A stretch of 64,000 bases of DNA from Paragordius varius (lineage: Eukaryota > Animalia > Nematomorpha): NCBI GenBank assembly GCA_964247055.1, contig OZ176051.1, forward strand, positions 14,074,001 to 14,138,000, in the 5' to 3' direction. Positions within the stretch are counted from its first letter, which is position 1, and every line of letters starts with the position of its first letter. The translations under genes and the position numbers were made by a program. The notes under the pieces were generated by a model. That model saw only the letters and a program-made list of their open reading frames with translations, made no database searches and was not told the origin of the DNA. This document shows positions 54,401 to 64,000 of the stretch, piece after piece.

Positions 54401-57400
54401 GAATAACCGACTTAAGTGGATTAAATCACTCGTAAAATTCGGAAATTTTATTACTTTCTATCTTAAAACATAGGAAGAATATAGGGGAGTCATTTGGTCG
54501 GCTTATTCCCATAGCTCATTTAAATAAACAAATTAGTTGATAAAGGTATTTTTACACAGATATCAAACTTAGCATATGTTTATTATATGGGCTATATATG
54601 TTCAACAATTTTAGTTATTTGTATAAAATACAAAAATATTAAGAATCAAATGTTTCATCGTCGGATAAAAGTTCAAAAATTAGTAACCATATTTCGTTTT
54701 TAGTTATCATACCATGGTTTTTAGCTACCCAAGATTTTAATATACGTAACAAATTATTTATAGTTTAATAAAATATGTAAACAGTAAAATTGAAATAAAA
54801 ACAAATGTAAAATTTAAAATATATTCTTTTGAATAAACAACCATTTACAACTTTGATTTGATCTAAACCATATACAGCAATAAAGCACTGCAGACATAAT
54901 CTAAAATATAAAGATAATTAGAATTTGCAAACACAAAGTGAAGATTAAAGTTGAAATTGGTGAGTTACATATTTTTTGGTAATTAAATAGTTATATAAGA
55001 AAATTAAGGTATAGAAAATTATAATCTGCTGAAAAAATATTTTTCTTTTAATTTTCGCGTTTAGGGTGTATAATTCAATTTCTATTGCAACCCCAAAATG
55101 GGAGTTATATTAAAAATATTAGATTTGAAAAATATGTTTGTTAATTACAAAAATATTCTCTTTTCCGTTTTGTCTGTTTTTTTTATTTTATTGCAAACAC
55201 AGGTTCGACTGTTACTACACCGACTACGCCTTCTACGCCACCCTCGACTCCAACAACTCCGTCGACCCCATCGATTCCAACAACGTCAGTTGCGACATCA
55301 AGAGTATCCCCTACTACCTTTGTCATAACCACTAATCTCTTATCAACTAATTCTATATTAACTAGCGCTGCTGGCATTAATCCTTTGGAAACTATGGAAA
55401 CACGACCGCTGGTTACAATAACTACGCCAAAGGGTATGATATTATGAGTGAATTATTTAAGATATTACAATCATTTTACTTTTAGTGTATTGAACAAAAA
55501 TGTTTTTTTTGGTTATTCAGTTACAAGAGTCGTATCAAGGGTCCGTTTTACGAGGTTATTTAGTACCAGAGCTAGAACTAAAAGAAATACAAGAAAAAAC
55601 AGCAAAAGAACCACAATGCGGAGAACTCCTTTTATGAGATCAAGAACGCCCCAGCGTACCACTCGTAAAAGAACAGTAAAAAGAACCCGGCTTCCAAAAA
55701 GTAAATTACAATAATTTAGGGTCAAGCCGTTTATTACAGGTATTCAATATTAAAGTAAAAAATTAATTAATGCAGATGATTTTAAATACCAATAATAAGA
55801 TTGATTCTAAAAAAATTTATATCAATGATAGAAAATGACTAAGGACATAAATCCAGTAAAATATCACATAGTCAAATATACTTATTATGAGCAATTTACG
55901 ATGTGTCATTTTAACGAATTTTTTCGAGCAATAAAACCTTTCCGAAAGCTAGGATAATTCGGATTAGCGATTAAATACAAAGTTAATTAGTTCTGATCAA
56001 GCATTTCTATTTTATATATTTTGATGGATTATCGAAAACCCCTTTAAAACAGCTAACTTCTTTAATTCAGTCTTTTGGCTTTATTATTGGTATATGGAAC
56101 ATGACCCGCATTTTTTTTCGGATTAGGCGGTAATATTCAATTAATTAAATCCAATAGGTTTACTGTATATCATGCACAAAATGTTATTAACTACATATAT
56201 ATATATATATGTTCTGGTAAATAATGGAAAATGCTGGCTTTGTGATCTGTTTCCGGAAAACTGGTAGGCCATTCAAATAGAAATGTCGAAAAAAATATAA
56301 TCATTAATAAATGCCTCGACACTAGCTTCACCCTAATTTCATATTAGGCCCCCAGTTCGGGCCTATTTTCGATCCTAACATAGTCGGCTCGCTTTTTTAA
56401 TTTTGGCCCTCTTTTTACCCGCTTCCCCCTAAAATGTCATTTTTCAAAAAAACTAAGCCCACAAAAATAATATTTTGATTTTTCGCCCAATGTATGAGGC
56501 CGTAAAAATTCGATGAGGATTCCAGGTGTTCCCTGCTAAAAGGCAAAAATTTTAGTCGTGCGTTTCTTTTATATTGGGTGCTGGGTAAGGAGATACCCGC
56601 TAAAAACTGTTTTATCATATCAAATTAGTGTGAATTTGGGGCTAATTTTAGAAAACCTATCAGGACATATGAGTTTAATAGGTGGTTAAAATATTACCCG
56701 TTACAAGGCAAAAATTTAGGTCGTGCTGTTTTTAAAATTATTTAATTAGGCCGTTTACGCCGAGAAAAATGTGCCACCATAGAATGATTTTTCATTTTGG
56801 AGGCTTTTTTATAATAAACTACGGAGGGCTTTGGGAATCAATCATGATTCCAGGTATTATCCGGAAAAAGGCAAATATATTCAAGCGCTTTTTTGTAGTA
56901 AGCTTTGGGTAGGGAGCTACCCGCCTAAAACTGCACCACTACGAAATTGCGTTGTTTAGGAGTTAATTTAAACTTATCAGGCGATATAAGTTTAATAAGG
57001 GCATGAAATAATACCCGTAAAATGGCAAAAATTTAAGTCGAGCGGTTTTATATAAGCCGTTAATTAGGCATAAAAAAGCGGTATCATATTATTTAATTTT
57101 GAAGCCATTCTTCCAAAAACTATTAAGAACATATGAAATGAATGATGATTCCAGGTATTCCCCTATAGAGGCAAAGTTATCGCACTTCTTTTTCAAATTG
57201 GCCTAAGGGTAGGGGCCTACCCACCTACAACTGCGCCATCATATCGATGCATCGTGACTTTGAAGGCTAATTTTACAAAACCTATTAGGTCATATGAAAT
57301 CAATAAGGGCTTAATATATAACTCATTAAAAAGGCAAAAATTTAAGCGGTTTTATTAAATTACCCCTTAATTAAGCCCCTGCCCTCAAAAATGCGCCACC

Positions 57401-60400
57401 ACAGAAGGAGTTTTTGATTTTGACACAAATTTTTGATCCCACGATAGCATATGGAATCAATTGAGATTCGAGGTATTACTCAAATTAAGGCAAAATTTTT
57501 ATCAAGTTTTCTTATTCGCCCCTGGTTAGAGGGCTATCAACGTAAAACTACGTTACCATATCGATACAGCATGCCATTGGAGCCAAACATCAGAAAACCT
57601 ATGAGATTATGTGAGTATCTATATGGTAACGCAGTTTTATGCGGGTAGCCTTCTAACCAGGGGCTAAACAAAAAACGCTCGATTAAAATTGTCTTAATCC
57701 GGGTAATACCTGGAATCATGATTTATTCTATATGCTATGTGGGATTATCGAAAAATTGCCTTAAAACCAAAAAGTCTATGGTACTTTTTTTCAGGGCAAC
57801 GGCCTTCCCTAAGGGGTAATTAAATAAAACCGCTCACTTAAATTTTTTTAACTGATAAAGCCTTTATTGAACTCATATGGCCTGACAACTTTTTTAAAAT
57901 TTGCCTCCAAAGTCACGCTGTATTCATATAATGGAGCAGTTGTTTGAGGGCAGCCCCCTACTAAGAGACCGATATAAAAAAGACGTTCGATAAAAATTTT
58001 TGCCTTTATAAAGGAATACTTTCATTTATTCCTTATGTTCTTAATAGTTTTGGGAGAATGGCTTAAAACTAAATAATTCAATGATAGAGCATTTTTTAGG
58101 GCGTAAAGAACCTAATTAAGGGCTAATTTAAAAAACTGCTCAACTTAAATTGCCTTGGTAATATTTCAAGCCTTATTAAACTTATATGGCCTGATAGGTT
58201 TTCTGAAAATTAACTTCTAAACAACGCAATTTCGATATGGTGAAGTTTTAGGGGATGGCTCCATACCCAGTGGCTGATACAAAAAAGACGCTTGATTAAA
58301 ATTTTTGCCTTTTTACGGAGAATACATGGAATCATGATTGATTCCATATGCTCTAATTAGTTTTTGGAAAAATTGCCTCAAAACTAAAAAATCATTCTAT
58401 GGTGGCCCATTTTTTAGGGCATGAAGGGCTTATAACGGCTAATTTTATAAAACCGTACGGCCTAAATCTTGCCTTGTACGGGTAATATTTTAAGCACCTA
58501 TATATGGCCTGATATGCTTTCTAATATTTAGCCCTAAAGTCACGCCATTTTGATATGAAAAGACAGTTTTTCCCGGGTATATCCTTAACCGGTTTTTGCC
58601 TTTTAGCAGGGCTGGAATCCTCATTGTATTTTTACGGTCTAATACCTTGGGCAAAAAATAGATTCAAAAAATATTTTTTGTGGACTTAGTTTTTTTGAAA
58701 AAAATGGCCTTTTACGGGGGGGGGGGGGAGCGGGTAAAAAGTGGGCTTAAATTAAAAAAGCGACCCTATGTTCGGCTCATCGAAAAAAGTTAAATAATCA
58801 TACTTGAAGACGAATGGTCCAACACGTTTTCCGGAAAATTGTCTCAAAGACACGATTTTTGTGGACTTTTACACGGGGTGGGCCCGAACTGGGGGCCTAA
58901 TTCACAAAAAGGGGCGAAACTATTGTCGGGGCATTTATTAATGATTATCTTTTTTGGACATTTGAATTTGAAGTCTACCGGTTTCCGGAAACAGATCACA
59001 AAGCCAGCGTTTTTCGTTTATATATATATATATATATATGTTCTTTATATTATGTATTTTTTGCACATTATGCATGCTTACCTTTTAATTTATATAATAT
59101 CCTAATTTATTATCCCTATAGCTTATAAGGCTAGTTTTCGCCCTATGAGATCATATAAATTAATTAGCAGGGCAGATCGCGTATAAAGGCAAAGAAATTT
59201 GCCCCCCCCCCCCCCCCCCCCTACCTCCAATATATCCGAAGGGTTTCCTTGGGCTGCGTAGCAGGCCGAGATTTACGCTGGTAAATGTATAAAAATTCAC
59301 ACGGTGCTTGATTTATGCCTTACAAGTTGCCCCATATAACAGAATGGCAATTAGACGTATTTTGCTGAATTAATCTTTTGCCAAATGCTCCATTCCATAA
59401 AATATCACTTAATGTTATAACTATATATAAACTGTGTATAAATAATCTGTCGAAATATATAGGTCCTTGAACATTTAAATTTGGTCTTTATGCATTTTAT
59501 GGACCCTGAACACTTCAAGTCTTTGAACATAATTTGTCCTTGAACACTTCAAGTTGGTCCTTTGACTTTTTTGTTTGTATTTAACTTTTATCAATCAAAT
59601 GGTAAATCATTCATCTTTTTTATCGTTTTTAACCTATTTCCTAATATTTAACATATATTTTAAATCAAAATTAACCTTTAATCACTGAGAAACCGTATAT
59701 CTTTAAAAATTTCTTAAAATTATTTTGGATATTTATAAGATTAACACCTAATTAAAAAATATATAAGTTTTCCGGGTTATTATTTACAATTTTTCATTGA
59801 AAACGTTTAATAATTTTTTTAAATTGGAAAAAAAATAGTTTGGAATAAAAAAAGTGGTTTATGAATAAAACATTTTTAATTTTAAATGAATAAATACAAA
59901 AATTATTAATAAATTAAAATTCTAAGGACCAACTTAAAGTGTTCAAGGACCAACATAAAGGGCTCAAGGACCTTAGAATGTTCAAGTAACTTAGAGTGTT
60001 CTGGGACCAACTTGAAGTGTCTAACGACAAACTTGAATTGTTCAAGGACCAACTTGAAATGTTCAGGGCCCAACTTAAAATGTTTAAGGACCAGCGTGAA
60101 GTGTTCAGGGACACTCTTGAAGTGCAATTGGTATATTCTGATAGAAAAATGTATCAGGATTATCATATGCCTTTTATTTTAGCAAATAGTGTGATATAAG
60201 AAAGTTATCACTTTGGTTATAAGTGCTCCATATCAGAAAATTGAGAAAATTGAGCATATTTTTTGTAATAAATATTTTTTGGTGAAAGCTAACATTGCAA
60301 AAAATATCATAAAAATATATCATTAAATACCTATAAAAAGCAAAACAATATTTTTAAAATATTTTAAATTTTAGTGGGCTCGAAAGTCGCTTCGCTCTTC

Positions 60401-61401
60401 TAAAATGGACAATTTTTTTTATAAATAAACGCAAAAAGCCGTGATTGCGCAATAAAATTTTTAATTTTGATATCAAAAAGATATTTTTTAAGAAATGCAT
60501 GCTTTTTACAAATATTAAATTTTTGGCATTTTGTTGATGCGTACTTCATCCTATTTTAGGCATGATGGAAACGGTATAAAAACGCTTTTAGATAAATTAA
60601 AGCACTTTCTATTTAAATTGATGATGCTGATATTTCTATCACCTCAAAATAATTATATTGGTTCGTTTTCAAATTAATATTGAATAAATATTCTGTTTTT
60701 TTACAACAAATTAAGGCAAAGGAACATTGAAATTTTTTTGAAGCGTTAGAAATGCTCAGCAAAAGAATTTTTATATCTTAAATAAACGGTTTTAAACCGT
60801 TTTAACATAAATTAGGAGGTATTCAACAAAATTTTGTTAAAAATTAAATAAAAATATTATGTTTTTTATAAAATATTTTTAGCGTATCAAAGTTTATCAT
60901 CTATTTTAAATTTTTATCGCAATCCCGGCATTTTTGCGTTGGGCTAGCCCATTTTAGAACAAAAAAAATTGGGACTTTCAAAGCCTACATCTAAAAATTA
61001 ATTTTTTTGAAAATAGTTTGCTTTTTATATGTAGATTATTTAAAATTTAGTGATATTTTTTAGAATAAAGTCTCTGGCTTTCACCAAAAAAAATTTAATA
61101 AAAAAATGTGCGCAAATTTTGACATTTTCTGATATAGAGCATTTAACACTAAAGTGTAAATAACTTCACTATGATAATCTAATATATTTTCCTGTCAGAA
61201 TATATATATATATATATATTTCATCTTATTTTATATGTTCCCGATTTCGGACGCAGTGTATATCAAAAAGAAAAAAACCATTTTTTCGTTAAAATAAAAT
61301 CAAAATAAAATATATTTTTGGTAATGAACATTCTATAGATTACAAATTCGTTATATAAAATTTTAGGACGAACAACACGGCAAAGAAGGAGACAAACATG
61401 A
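45441..61401 (+). CDS. Putative secreted Cys-rich / mucin-stalk / polybasic-tail protein, paralogue 3 (229 aa, intact)
   Basis: join(45441-45528, 53963-54118, 55203-55433, 55521-55700, 61367-61401) = 690 nt, all phase-1 GT-AG introns. Protein: MIFVWNLIIFIWMSIPMKTSHNGMMFGRK-TLQCIQTCTVYCATYDIFNCNCSCSSTDYCRSPTCAPGFAYEVDSSGCSACS-(stalk)-VTRVVSRVRFTRLFSTRARTKR...LPKRRTTRQRRRQT*. Differences from copy 1 in exons 1, 4 and 5 include many synonymous third-position changes. Introns 1 (8.4 kb) and 4 (5.7 kb) are packed with TEs. Confidence 0.75.
45673..46838. mobile_element. Palindromic Tc1/mariner-type MITE (family B, copy 2)
   Basis: Begins tactgtgtgcaaaaaa within (TA)n and ends acacagta; homologous to 17227-18344. 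Confidence 0.7.
46840..48961 (+). mobile_element. 5'-truncated RTE/BovB-like non-LTR retrotransposon, decayed
   Basis: Motifs: LHNRFNSL, PPLLKEEVDWA, QAGFRKGRG..DMIANMRWIMEK..CFVDFSKAFDSI, GLPQGC.SPILFN, YADDTVIFAD, YGCESW, LSYFGHIMR, RWMD. A (CA)n tail is at ~48945-48961; many stops and frameshifts. Confidence 0.9.
50320..51265. mobile_element. ~1-kb imperfectly palindromic MITE (family D, copy 1)
   Basis: Direct homologue at 60188-61180 and an inverted partial copy at 61850-62350 (shared ttttagtgggctc, gattgcgc.ataaaa, ggcatgatggaaac, aaaacgctt). Confidence 0.6.
51419..52931. mobile_element. Palindromic Tc1/mariner-type MITE (family B, copy 3) with ~340-bp insertion in right arm
   Basis: Starts aagtgtgcaaaaaaa; the right arm is interrupted at ~52525 and resumes at ~52865, ending gcacacagta. 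Confidence 0.65.
56228..59014. mobile_element. Foldback-type element: 2.8-kb palindrome built from ~300-330-bp tandem modules
   Basis: Termini atgctggctttgtgatctgtttccggaaa and tttccggaaacagatcacaaagccagcg are inverted and flanked by (TA)n. The symmetry centre is at ~57590. Left-arm modules (ttc(c/g)aggt) are at 56520, 56848, 57149 and 57467, mirrored at ~57710, 58015, 58325 and 58615. No coding remnant. Confidence 0.8.
59460..60130. repeat. Inverted pair of 21-bp minisatellite arrays (ggaccaacttgaagtgttcaa) around an AT-rich spacer
   Basis: About 9-10 units at 59925-60125, and reverse-complement units (ccttgaacacttcaagttggtcc) at 59460-59565. Confidence 0.75.
60188..61180. mobile_element. 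MITE family D, copy 2
   Basis: Direct homologue of 50320-51265. Confidence 0.6.
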
Positions 61402-61849
61402 AATGATGGATAATAAGCGTTTCTATTGCCCCTAAATACACAATTATTTAATTTAATTATTACAAAATTCTGAGTCAGTTATGTAATTTTAATTTATCAT
61501 ATTCATTTTATTATATAATTGTCAAGTAAATAAATTTAAAATACATAAAGGTGTCCAAGAATTTAAGATTTTAGGAGCCCACAACCAAATATTTTGGATT
61601 AAAGAATTTTTAATATATTGTAATTTTTTAAATGATTCATATAGCTTTCACCCATAAAAAGTTATTGATATTAGGTGATAATTTTACGATTATGAGGAAC
61701 AATTAAAGCTAAATTGTAAATATTAATTTTATTTCGCCAAAAACAGTAAAGTTTAAATGAATGTGAGAAATATTATTAATTACGTTACTCTTATTAATCG
61801 ATTTTACTACAAAAAATTAGAATTTTATTTAATAATACGCTTGAAGCAA

Positions 61850-62350
61850 TCTCAAAAGAAAATATGAAACTAATAAATTGTTACAAATGTTTTAATAAAA
61901 ATATATTTGGCATGCTAGGCTGTAGATTTTAATCTATTAGTGTTTTTATAATATCTTAAAGCGTTTTTATACTGTATACATCATGCCTAAAAATAGTATT
62001 AAGTACGCTTTAATAATATTTTTCAAAAAAATTGAATTTCGAAAAAAAGGCATTAAATATTTTTATATAATTTACCATGAATCTAAGATTTTTATTGCGT
62101 CACCTTCATATTTTAGATTTATTGTAAGAGAACACTAGCCTAATTTAAATAAGCGAATTTTTTTGGAGCTTACATCGAAAATATAAAAAGTTAATCATAT
62201 TCTTTTGCTTTTTAAGAGTGTTTAATGATACATTTTTCTCATATTTTATGAAATGAATCATTTAGCCTAAAAATCTATTTAACAAGCATTTTACTATATT
62301 CTGATATGGAGAAGTTACTACAAAAATGATATCTTTTCATTACACTCGTG
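61850..62350. mobile_element. MITE family D, partial copy 3
   Basis: catcatgcctaaaaatag..aagtacgc is the reverse complement of gcgtactt..tattttaggcatgatg in copy 2. Confidence 0.55.
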
Positions 62351-62398
62351 TGGGCCGAAATCGAAAGCACTACAATAATCCTGATACATTTTCATATC

Positions 62399-62436
<38 letters not shown>

Positions 62437-62444
62437 GCTAAAAT

Positions 62445-64000
62445 CAGTGGCCGAACTATAAATTGTGCCCCCCTCCCCCCAAAAAAACGTTCACAGTTAT
62501 TTTTCACTTGGTGCATGACTTAGATTCGTAAAGAATTATTATATTTAAAAATGATTATATTTACATGACTTGGCATCCTGAGTCTAAAATTTTTGCGTTC
62601 CTGGTATTTTTATATATATGGTTAGTACCCACCCGCCCACTTTAACCATCGCCAATTCCTTAATCTTAACGTTAACTTAAAATAACTAAATAACCTATTA
62701 AGAGCATGTATTAATCAGAAAATCAGTTAGATTTCGTTTTCTCGATTTTGCATGAGCATATTTTCCAATTATATCTTTTTTATCCATTTGATCCGCCATC
62801 TCCGCTTCAATCGCTAGTAACAATAAATTGCTCCACCTTTTTTCAGCCATCGTGCTTCTAATATAATTTTTAATTATTTTAAACTTTAAGGATGAACGTT
62901 TCGCTGTAGCAACCGTAACTGGTAAAGTCAGAAAAATAATAATGCTATAACTTCATCACAACTGGCTGAAACTGTTGGGTGCTTATAATTAATAGCTCTG
63001 CAAATTGCCTGGCATTGTTAATTTGAGCGATCTCATCCTTAAGCGAATTAGAAACTGACACTATTTGAATCGGAAAATATTCATTTAAATCGTTGGAGAA
63101 TTAATTATTAAATATTTAGCTGAGTTGATAATTTCTACTTCATTCATTTTAGTTAACTTTGATGGAAGCAGAAATAAAACATTTCCGCTACGCTATAAAA
63201 ACTGTCGAATCTATTTTTTAACTCAAAAATTACAATATCTAAAATATTGAAAACATTCACTCTAAACTTATCATCTAAATTAGAAAATCTATGGTCATCG
63301 GCATGTTCATATATGTTTTTAATAATTTTATTCTTATCATTAAAAACAGGTTTAATGCCCTATTTTATTGCCATTTCAATGGCATCTTTTTATGCGGTTA
63401 TATAGTCACTTCTATATTTTTAGAAGTTTATAAAATTTCCAACTCTGTTATTGCTTTTATAAGGTCCATATTATTCGATTGTAATGTTGTAATATATGTA
63501 AAAAAACATAAAAATATAAATTCAAATTTAAATATTATTTAAAACATAAAAGCTTCTTCTGCTCATTTTTCTTAGTGCTAGTTAATGTTATATTGGTTAA
63601 AACCTTGATAACAAAGTAACCATATTTTATTGATACCTTCTAGCTCAACGAGGGGGATTTAATTTTTAATTTATTTTAGATACCTGAGTAGAACTCCTCA
63701 AAAGGTCCCATCTTTTTTACCGTGTCAGAAAATATATATTGCCTCCAGAGTTGCATAAAAATCGGTTGCTCTAGATTTAATAAATCATTTATAACTAAAT
63801 TTAAATTATGAGCGGCTCAATGTAAACTGCCTGGTCCTTTCTCAAAAGAGATTGTGCTCCATTGTAAGTTCCGCTTATAACACTGGCTTCATCATAACCT
63901 TGGCTTCTACACTTATCTAATGATAAATTATAGTTTAAAGATTTTTTATTAATCTATATAACTCATATGCTGAATAATTATTAATTTCTCTAAATCCCTA
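62445..64000 (-). mobile_element. hAT (Tip100/ZMYM1-like) transposon remnant, runs off window end
   Basis: Terminus CAGTGGCCGAAC at 62445. The minus strand gives SQGYDEASVISG..NGAQ, AHNLNLVIND, a PTRW-like PPR*ARRY, and the dimerisation domain LPVTVATA..RS..K...YIRSTMAEKRWSNLLLLAIE..IIGKYA..KSRK; disrupted. Confidence 0.8.

Noticed and set aside
55521-55637. Alternative acidic reading frame of the basic exon (LQESYQGSVLRGYLVPELELKEIQEK...), open in copies 1 and 3
   Set aside because: The upstream donor is phase 1, which selects the Arg-rich frame. Substitutions between copies are largely synonymous or conservative in that frame, and conservation continues past the acidic frame's stop.
59906-60199. 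ORFs with 7-aa periodicity resembling a coiled coil or leucine-rich repeat
   Set aside because: By-product of a stop-poor 21-bp minisatellite that is open in several frames and strands and has an inverted non-coding mate.

Overview
This is very AT-rich, intron-containing, transposon-dense eukaryotic DNA. The Mondo orthologue marks it as an animal, probably an invertebrate, but the species cannot be named from sequence alone. There are no prokaryotic features, rRNA or CRISPR arrays. The first 13.4 kb hold two conserved genes facing tail-to-tail: an SLC46-family (PCFT/SLC46A3-like) MFS transporter (+, 2289-7719) and a Mondo/MLXIP-ChREBP bHLH-ZIP factor (-, 8351-13387). The rest is decayed RTE retrotransposons, Ty3/Gypsy, hAT (Buster and Tip100/ZMYM1-like), piggyBac, MITEs and foldback-type palindromes. 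Within this lies a family of three 5-exon paralogues that the ORF track shows only as fragments: copy 1 (-, 26474-30360, intact, 240 aa), copy 2 (+, 34814-41247, pseudogene) and copy 3 (+, 45441-61401, intact, 229 aa). Each encodes a signal-like N-terminus ending in GxMF-G-RK, a 10-Cys domain, a Thr/Pro/Ser mucin stalk and a ~40% Arg/Lys tail with no acidic residues. All introns are phase 1. The three upstream regions share two nuclear-receptor-type half-sites, and a Buster transposon separates them in the dead copy. A 21-nt in-frame GT..AG segment at a conserved intron position in Mondo is a candidate micro-intron. All alignments were done by eye; no database searches were run.
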